Shown one piece after another: positions 26,120-32,000 of a DNA stretch of 32,000 nt. Origin of the DNA: Patescibacteria group bacterium (GTDB lineage Bacteria; Patescibacteriota; Patescibacteriia; 2-01-FULL-39-33); the NCBI GenBank assembly GCA_041649575.1, contig JBAZMW010000002.1, forward strand, positions 60,001 to 92,000. The letters are read 5' to 3'. The translations under genes were made by a program, and so were the position numbers. The notes beneath the pieces are model-generated. The model made no database searches. It saw only the letters and a list, made by a program, of their open reading frames with translations, and was not told the DNA's origin. The first letter of the stretch is position 1. Every line of letters begins with the position of its first letter.

Positions 26120-26950
26120 TTGATTACTAATTACATGGCCAAGGCAAAAAAACCACGATTAGCAATTATCGGCCTGACATCTTGTGAGGGCTGCCAGTTT
26201 TCCATGCTCGACAAAGGCCGGAGATTCTTGGGTTTAATGAAAAATTTTCAGGTAAAGGAATTTCGTCTAGTGGAGGATGAAAAAATGCTCGAAGAGAATT
26301 TTGACCTGTGTTTGGTTGAGGGCAACCCCGTCACCAAAGAAAACATTAGATTGCTCAAAGAAATGCGGCGGCGGTCGAAATTGTTAGTAGTTATTGGTAA
26401 TTGCGCGGCTTTGGGTGGTGTCTGGGAGCTCAAAAATTATCAGAATAAGAAAAAGACCATCAGGCAGGTTTATAAAAAAATAAAAGTAGCCAATCCTGAC
26501 ATTAAGGAAGTGGATAATTTTGTTAAAGTTGACTTTACCATCCCCGGTTGTCCCATAGACGGTGAGGAGTTTATGGAGCTGGCCTATCAGCTTTTAAGTG
26601 GCCGGATTCCGAAAATCCCTCAGAATCCTGTTTGCCATGAATGTCAAACAAGAGGTTATGAGTGTTTACTGCAGCAAGGAGAGATTTGTCTCGGGCCGAT
26701 TACTCTGGGTGGTTGTCGGGCAGTGTGCCTCAAAAGCCGGCAGGCCTGCTGGGGTTGCCGTGGATTGTTTGAGGGCGCGCGAGTGGAAAATTTAATGAAG
26801 GAACTGCTGTCAAAATTTCCTCGCGAACAGGTTTATCGGGTGATGGAGGTGTTTGGAGCGAGAGATAGTATTTTGAAGGAGTTGGAACAGGAAGAAAAGC
26901 CAGCTGAAATTAAAAATGTAAAACTAAAAGTTAAAAATTCTAAAAAATAA
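26120..26950 (+). CDS. hydD: [NiFe] hydrogenase small (delta) subunit, group 3b-like
   Basis: IGLTSCEGCQFSMLD, VVIGNCAALGG, IPGCPIDGEEFMELA, CLGPITLGGCRAVC..ACWGCRG. Start may be Met at 26135. Confidence 0.88.
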   Translation: MITNYMAKAKKPRLAIIGLTSCEGCQFSMLDKGRRFLGLMKNFQVKEFRLVEDEKMLEENFDLCLVEGNPVTKENIRLLKEMRRRSKLLVVIGNCAALGGVWELKNYQNKKKTIRQVYKKIKVANPDIKEVDNFVKVDFTIPGCPIDGEEFMELAYQLLSGRIPKIPQNPVCHECQTRGYECLLQQGEICLGPITLGGCRAVCLKSRQACWGCRGLFEGARVENLMKELLSKFPREQVYRVMEVFGARDSILKELEQEEKPAEIKNVKLKVKNSKK

Positions 26951-26954
26951 AGCT

Positions 26955-27275
26955 ATGGATAAACAAGAAACAAAATCAGCAAAACCAGAATTACGTGTAT
27001 CTAGGGATTGTCAAATCGCCTTGGTCACTAAAATGCAAATAGAGCTGATGAAGATGGACGGCATTGAAGATACCGACGAAGAAGCCAATCAAAAAGCGCT
27101 TGAGTGGGTTGAAAGCAATTCCCCCAAGTTCAGAGAAATTTTTGAGGAGATGTTAGCCAGAATCCAGGACGATCCTCGTTACGGAGAAATAATTATAAAG
27201 GCTGAGGCCGGGTATACTGATGATTTAGTAGAAGCGATGCTGCCGGAAATCAGAACTCGCATGATGATACTTTAG
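26955..27275 (+). CDS. Hypothetical 106-aa acidic protein within hydrogenase operon
   Basis: ORF between hydD and the PLP enzyme, 4 nt after the hydD stop; no recognised motif. Confidence 0.6.
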   Translation: MDKQETKSAKPELRVSRDCQIALVTKMQIELMKMDGIEDTDEEANQKALEWVESNSPKFREIFEEMLARIQDDPRYGEIIIKAEAGYTDDLVEAMLPEIRTRMMIL

Positions 27276-27299
27276 CGGTTTAAATAAAAATATATTAAT

Positions 27300-28331
27300 T
27301 TGAGTTTTATGTCATTATCTAAAGCGGAGGCTAAAATTCTGCAGTCAATTATTGTGTCTTCAGAAAATAATCCCAGTCGACCAGAATTTCCGGCCGATGA
27401 TCCTAAATTTCCCGCCACCCCAACTTATAAAATTAAAGTGCCAGGCTTTTCTAATGTTTGGCTCAAAGATGAAAGCCATAATCCCACCGGAACCCATAAA
27501 GATCGGATGGCTTGGGAAATAATTGTTACTTATCGTGATTTTTTATTGACCCAAAAACGAGGGCAAATTAAAGGTATTCTACCGGCCGTGTCAATTATTT
27601 CCTCTGGATCGGCGGCTGTCGCCATCCAAACACAACTACGGAAATATCATTTGCCAAATCTCAAAGTTTTAGTCGACTCTTATCTTAATCAGGAAATTGT
27701 AAATTCACTCAAAAAAATTGGCTGTAGAATTTATAAAACTGATTTAAGCAAAAAACCATTTCATTGGAAGGAAATTTTAGAGTTGACTCATAATCCAAAT
27801 GGTTTTGATATTACTTCTAATGAGGCTTTAGACCCGGCTATGAGATTTTATGACTGGCTAAGTTATGAGATAATTAATAATTCACCAGACTATTGTTTTA
27901 TTCCTTTCGGTACCGGCAATCTTTATGAGAATATTTTGAATATTAATAAAAAAGAAGTTTCAACTAAAAATCATGACCCTCGATTCAAGGGTAAGGTTGA
28001 AATTCTTAGGAATTGTAATTTTTTTGGCGTGACGACAAATAATCCAAGATCCCGAGCCGAAAAACTTTATTCGCCTCACTTGCCTTTTGTCCATTACGAT
28101 GAGCAGTGGATTAGGCTGTATCGGCATGCCGGTTATTGTGGTCCAAAATCAAATGTTTATTTATTGAAGGAGCAATATCTTAATGAGGCAATGAAAATTG
28201 CCGTTGCTCAAAAGATAAATTATGAGCCTTCTGGTATCTCTGGACTGGCCTTGCTTCTACAAATAAAAAATAAACTTCCTAAAAATAAGAAGATTTTAGT
28301 TATTAATACTGGGAAAACTAAATATATTTAG
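27300..28331 (+). CDS. PLP-dependent enzyme, threonine synthase/tryptophan synthase beta fold-type II
   Basis: VWLKDESHNPTGTHKDRMAW (PLP lysine region), FGTGNLYENI, PSGISGLALL, VINTGKT. Confidence 0.75.
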   Translation: MSFMSLSKAEAKILQSIIVSSENNPSRPEFPADDPKFPATPTYKIKVPGFSNVWLKDESHNPTGTHKDRMAWEIIVTYRDFLLTQKRGQIKGILPAVSIISSGSAAVAIQTQLRKYHLPNLKVLVDSYLNQEIVNSLKKIGCRIYKTDLSKKPFHWKEILELTHNPNGFDITSNEALDPAMRFYDWLSYEIINNSPDYCFIPFGTGNLYENILNINKKEVSTKNHDPRFKGKVEILRNCNFFGVTTNNPRSRAEKLYSPHLPFVHYDEQWIRLYRHAGYCGPKSNVYLLKEQYLNEAMKIAVAQKINYEPSGISGLALLLQIKNKLPKNKKILVINTGKTKYI

Positions 28332-28379
28332 ACATAGGCGGTGTTTTGATATAAAATAATTTAAAAATATTAATTTATC

Positions 28380-29678
28380 ATGCGTATCCAAATAAATCAC
28401 ATTGGTAAAATGGAAGGCCACACGGACTTCGTGGCCGAGATTTTGAAAGGTGATGTCAAATCAGCCAAACTGATGACCACCGAAGGTGCTCGTCTGATAG
28501 AGGGCATTTTGGTCGGCCGTAATTTTTACGAGGCGCCGATTATCACTTCTCGCATCTGTGGTATCTGCCCGGTGGTTCATAAAATTTCCTCCATTAGGGC
28601 GCTGGAGAACGCTTTAGCTATTAAGCCCAGTGAACAGACAATTAAATTAAGAAAACTAATGCTGATGGCGCAAACCATTCATAGCCACGCCTTACATTTG
28701 TTTTTTTTGTCTTTGCCGGATTTTTTCAACCTATTGGACGACTTTAAATTTATTGCCAACCATAAAAAAGAAACTGATTGCGCTATTAAGGTGCGTGAGT
28801 GGGCTTTGAAAGTTATTGAAACTGTTGGCGGACGGGCGGTACATCCGATTGCTTGTGAAGTTGGTGGCTTTAAGGTTTTGCCCGACAAAAAAGAATTGAA
28901 AGATTTGGCTGATCAATACGAAAACATTCTAAAACAGGCACTGTGTCTGGTGAATCTGACTATCAAAATAAAATTTCCCAAATTTAGCCGGCCCACGACC
29001 TTCATTTCTTTGACCAATGAAAAAGAATACGCCTTTTATGATGGCGATATTAAAATTTTAAATAAAAATGGCCAGACAAGGATTATTAAGGCCAAAGATT
29101 TTACCAAGAATATTAAGGAGATCGAAGAGCCCTATCGCGCCGCCAAATCGGCTGAGTTAAAGGGTGAGCCGTTTATGGTCGGCGCTTTGGCGCGACTAAA
29201 TAACAATCATAGCCAATTGAATCACTTGGCCAAGGGAATTCAAAAAGGTTTAAAATGGAAGTTCCCGCAGTATAATTCTTTTGAAAATATTACCGCCCAG
29301 GCTATTGAAATCGTCCATTGTCTAGAGGAAGCCAAAAAATTACTTGACGATTTAGTTAAAAATTTGAAAAATGAGACCAGTCAGGCCGAGAAGCTCGGCT
29401 TAATTGGTCAGGCCAATCCCTTGGGACGTGAGACAAGTGGCTGTGACGCCAGCGAGGCGCCGCGTGGCACCTTGTATCATTATTACGCCATTGATAAAGA
29501 CGGCTATATCAAGGATTGTCAGATTATCACGCCGACGGTGTCTTTTTTAAAAAATTTGGAAGCAGATATTATTGCCTATATCCCGGATTTGAAAAAAATG
29601 TCGCCCGAAAAATGTTCACGCAAAATCCGCGCCCTTATTCGCGCCTATGATCCTTGTATTAGTTGCGCCACACATTAA
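28380..29678 (+). CDS. hydA: [NiFe] hydrogenase large (alpha) subunit, group 3b-like
   Basis: L1 motif ITSRICGICPVVHK, L2 motif DPCISCATH immediately followed by stop. Confidence 0.92.
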   Translation: MRIQINHIGKMEGHTDFVAEILKGDVKSAKLMTTEGARLIEGILVGRNFYEAPIITSRICGICPVVHKISSIRALENALAIKPSEQTIKLRKLMLMAQTIHSHALHLFFLSLPDFFNLLDDFKFIANHKKETDCAIKVREWALKVIETVGGRAVHPIACEVGGFKVLPDKKELKDLADQYENILKQALCLVNLTIKIKFPKFSRPTTFISLTNEKEYAFYDGDIKILNKNGQTRIIKAKDFTKNIKEIEEPYRAAKSAELKGEPFMVGALARLNNNHSQLNHLAKGIQKGLKWKFPQYNSFENITAQAIEIVHCLEEAKKLLDDLVKNLKNETSQAEKLGLIGQANPLGRETSGCDASEAPRGTLYHYYAIDKDGYIKDCQIITPTVSFLKNLEADIIAYIPDLKKMSPEKCSRKIRALIRAYDPCISCATH

Positions 29679-29684
29679 ATAGCA

Positions 29685-29696
29685 TATAGCTTATGG
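29685..29696 (+). repeat. Left inverted repeat flanking the four-helix bundle gene
   Basis: TATAGCTTATGG; complement of CCATAAGCTATA at 30075-30086. Confidence 0.5.
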
Positions 29697-29716
29697 CGTA
29701 TAGCAAATAGTTTTTT

Positions 29717-30073
29717 ATGGCATTTAGATTCGAAAGTTTGGAGATTTGGAAAGAGGCGATTAATTTTTCTAGTTCTACTTATAAAATTACTCGTCAGTTT
29801 CCCAAAGAAGAACTGTTTAGTTTATCTAGTCAGTTAAATCGGGCTGCGATTTCTATTTCGGCTAATATAGCCGAGGGCTCGGCAAGTGATAGTGTAAAAG
29901 AGTTTAGAATGTTTCTGAATATTTCCATTAGATCTGGCGTCGAAGTAATATCTGAATTATTTATAGCTAAAGAAAGAAGCTATTTATCAGACGAAGAATT
30001 CGGCGAGTTATACAATACTGGAGAATTATTAATAAGAAGAATTTCCTCATTTCGCAATCAATTAAAATTATAA
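29717..30073 (+). CDS. Four-helix bundle protein (23S rRNA intervening-sequence protein family)
   Basis: FESLEIWKEAINF...FPKEELFSLSSQLNRAAISISANIAEGSASDS...FRMFLNISIRSGVEV. Confidence 0.88.
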   Translation: MAFRFESLEIWKEAINFSSSTYKITRQFPKEELFSLSSQLNRAAISISANIAEGSASDSVKEFRMFLNISIRSGVEVISELFIAKERSYLSDEEFGELYNTGELLIRRISSFRNQLKL

Positions 30074-30074
30074 A

Positions 30075-30086
30075 CCATAAGCTATA
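30075..30086 (+). repeat. Right inverted repeat flanking the four-helix bundle gene
   Basis: CCATAAGCTATA. Confidence 0.5.
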
Positions 30087-30096
30087 AGCCATCCTT

Positions 30097-30351
30097 ATGC
30101 ACGATTTCCACTTAGCCGACATAATCTATAAAACAATTTTAGATTACGCCCAAAAAAATAATTTGAAAAAAATCACCAAAGCGGTGATTGATTTGGGACA
30201 GATTATTGAGCATGGTGAGGAGGTGTTGGCGGAAAATTTGGATTTTAATATCAAAATGTTGGCCCAAGGTGGCCTGGCCGAAGGCTTAGAGCTGGTTATT
30301 AACAAAACAGCCGGTGATAGCTGGGTGCTAAAGGAAATAGAAGGAGTATAA
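30097..30351 (+). CDS. HypA-like nickel insertion protein lacking the zinc-binding domain
   Basis: MHDFHLADIIYKTILDYAQKNNLKKITKAVIDLGQIIEH...LELVINKTAGDSWVLKEIEGV; no cysteines. Confidence 0.7.
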   Translation: MHDFHLADIIYKTILDYAQKNNLKKITKAVIDLGQIIEHGEEVLAENLDFNIKMLAQGGLAEGLELVINKTAGDSWVLKEIEGV

Positions 30352-30360
30352 TTTATTTTT

Positions 30361-31542
30361 ATGAAAGTAAAATCAATCAGGCAATTAAAAAAATTTCAGG
30401 GCAAAAAAGTTTTGCTAAGAGTTGATTTTAATGTTTCCTTGGGAGCCAATCATAGGGTTGATAAAGCGGAAGATTACCGGATTGTCAAAACCTTGCCGAC
30501 CATAAAATTTTTGACCAGTCGCGGTGCCAGAGTGATCATTATGGCCCATTTGGGCCGACCACATGGCAAAATAGTGGAAAACTTGCGTTTAAAACCGGTA
30601 GCCGAAAAATTGTCAGAACTATTGAAGAAAAAAGTTTTGTATAGCAAAACCGTTTTAGGCGCCGAAACCAAACAATTAATCAAACAGATGAAGGCTGGCG
30701 ATGTTTTAATGCTGGAAAATTTGCGTTTTGACATTCGGGAAGAGCGGGGAGACAAAAATTTTGCTCGGCAGCTGGCGGAATTAGGCGATATCTACATCAA
30801 TGAAGCTTTTGCCGACAATCACCGCCATCACGCTTCGACCGCCATCATTCAAGATTATTTGCCGGCTTACGCTGGCCTGCTGCTGGAGCAAGAAATTCTG
30901 AATTTGACCAAAGTTCTAAAAAAACCCAAACAACCGCTGGTGGTGATAATCGGCGGTACCAAGATGGAAACAAAAATAAGAGTTATTAAAAATTTTTCTA
31001 AAGTTGCCAAGAAAATTCTTTTGGGCGGCGCTTTGGCCAATACGGTTTTGCACGTGATGGGCGTTAGCGTCGGCAGATCACCGGTGGAAAAATCAATGTT
31101 TTCCGAAGTCAAAAAATTTAAATTGACGGCCAATCAGATCGTGGTGCCTCTCGACGGCGTCATGGCCGCCAAAATCGACAGCCAAAAGGGCCGGATGGAC
31201 GCTTTGGCAGACGTCAGAGATAATGAATTGATTTTGGATGTCGGTCCTGATACCATAAAACTCTATGAAAAAATCATCAAATCCGCTAAAATGGTAATGT
31301 GGAACGGGCCAATGGGGCTGATAGAAAATCCGGTTTTTGCCAAAGGCACCCAGGCGCTGATAAAAATTTTGGCCAATTCTTGCGCCGAAACCATCGTCGG
31401 TGGCGGCGAGACCGTGCAAATGATTCGGCAAATGAAATTAGAAAACAAATTTAATTTTGTTTCTACCGGCGGGGGAGCGATGCTGGAGTTTTTGGAGGGA
31501 AAAAAATTACCTGGGCTAAAAAAGTTGATTAAGAATTTATAA
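30361..31542 (+). CDS. pgk: Phosphoglycerate kinase
   Basis: KVLLRVDFNVSLG, IIMAHLGRPHGK, LLEQEILNL, VVIIGGTKMETKIRVI, VMWNGPMGLIE, STGGGAMLEFLEGKKLPGL. Confidence 0.96.
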   Translation: MKVKSIRQLKKFQGKKVLLRVDFNVSLGANHRVDKAEDYRIVKTLPTIKFLTSRGARVIIMAHLGRPHGKIVENLRLKPVAEKLSELLKKKVLYSKTVLGAETKQLIKQMKAGDVLMLENLRFDIREERGDKNFARQLAELGDIYINEAFADNHRHHASTAIIQDYLPAYAGLLLEQEILNLTKVLKKPKQPLVVIIGGTKMETKIRVIKNFSKVAKKILLGGALANTVLHVMGVSVGRSPVEKSMFSEVKKFKLTANQIVVPLDGVMAAKIDSQKGRMDALADVRDNELILDVGPDTIKLYEKIIKSAKMVMWNGPMGLIENPVFAKGTQALIKILANSCAETIVGGGETVQMIRQMKLENKFNFVSTGGGAMLEFLEGKKLPGLKKLIKNL

Positions 31543-31549
31543 CTTTTTT

Positions 31550-31586
31550 GTCATTGCGAGCGGAGTGAAACGCAGCGAAGCAATCT
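31550..31586 (+). repeat. Left repeat flanking GIY-YIG ORF
   Basis: GTCATTGCGAGC-GGAGTGAAACGCA-GCGAAGCAATCT. Confidence 0.8.
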
Positions 31587-31602
31587 TTTAGATAAGACAG
31601 AT

Positions 31603-31893
31603 ATGGCCAAATATTATTACGTTTATGTTTTGACTAATGCCAACAATTATGTTTTATACACAGGAGTCACAAATAATTTGCAGAGAAGGTTATGGGAACA
31701 CAAAAGCGGTAAGGCGGACGGTTTTACTAAAAAATATAAGTGTAAAAAATTGGTTTATTATGAATATTCGGAGTCAATAGGCGCAGCCATAAATAGAGAA
31801 AAACAAATTAAGGCCGGCTCAAGAAAAAAGAAATTGGAATTGATAAACAATTTTAATCCGCAGTGGTTGGATTTGGGGCTGGAGATGTTTTAA
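31603..31893 (+). CDS. GIY-YIG nuclease superfamily protein (UPF0213/YhbQ-like)
   Basis: YYYVYVLTNANNYVLYTGVTNNLQRRLWEHKSGKADGFTKKYKCKKLVYYEYSESIGAAINREKQIKAGSRKKKLELI. Confidence 0.93.
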   Translation: MAKYYYVYVLTNANNYVLYTGVTNNLQRRLWEHKSGKADGFTKKYKCKKLVYYEYSESIGAAINREKQIKAGSRKKKLELINNFNPQWLDLGLEMF

Positions 31894-31894
31894 G

Positions 31895-31921
31895 AGATTG
31901 CTTCGCTTTGCTCGCAATGAC
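31895..31921 (-). repeat. Right repeat flanking GIY-YIG ORF (inverted copy)
   Basis: Reverse complement GTCATTGCGAGC-AAA-GCGAAGCAATCT. Confidence 0.8.
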
Positions 31922-31985
31922 AAAATAAAACAGCCTACAATCAATGAATTAACTAAGAAAAATTAATAAATAACCAGAAATTTTT

Positions 31986-32000
31986 ATGGACGAACAAAAA
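31986..32000 (+). CDS. Start of a truncated ORF (MDEQK...)
   Basis: ATG preceded by AT-rich leader as in other local genes; runs off window. Confidence 0.25.

Noticed and set aside
31603-31893. Homing endonuclease in an intron/intein
   Set aside because: The ORF lies between intact genes, not inside a split host gene; it is short and of the YhbQ/UPF0213 type.
1-32000. CRISPR array, tRNA or rRNA genes
   Set aside because: No regularly spaced direct repeats or recognisable tRNA/rRNA sequence found by reading; a tRNAscan-SE/Infernal run would be needed to exclude them formally.

Overview
The window is an AT-rich bacterial chromosome segment with dense gene packing and mostly no canonical Shine-Dalgarno sites. 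The style resembles Patescibacteria/CPR genomes, but this lineage call is inference only. It has four blocks. (1) About 1-12.9 kb is a surface-glycan/glycosyltransferase locus: polyprenyl sugar-phosphate transferase (partial, minus strand), S8 protease, GtrA, SDR epimerase/decarboxylase, several GT2/GT4/GT8 enzymes, DUF2304, VanZ and a Wzx-like flippase. (2) About 13-20.9 kb holds DUF4145-like, RmuC, two small zinc-ribbon ORFs, a NUDIX remnant, MTAP-nucleotidyltransferase-APT, a membrane protein, an AlkD-like protein and GalU. (3) About 21-30.4 kb is a group-3b-like [NiFe] (sulf)hydrogenase locus, with beta, gamma, delta and alpha subunits dispersed among other genes. It includes a HypC-like domain fused to a HydE-like radical SAM protein, a large subunit ending exactly at DPCxxCxxH, and a HypA-like protein lacking its zinc domain. 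(4) About 30.4-32 kb holds pgk and a GIY-YIG ORF bracketed by inverted 'GTCATTGCGAGC...GCGAAGCAATCT' repeats. The most interesting observations are the HypC-HydE-like fusion and stripped-down [NiFe] maturation set, a codon-aligned 93-nt repeat-like insertion in a GT4 gene whose end matches the GIY-YIG-flanking repeats, and a second class of GC-rich genes with canonical SD sites embedded in a genome that otherwise uses SD-less 'TAATTTATG' junctions.
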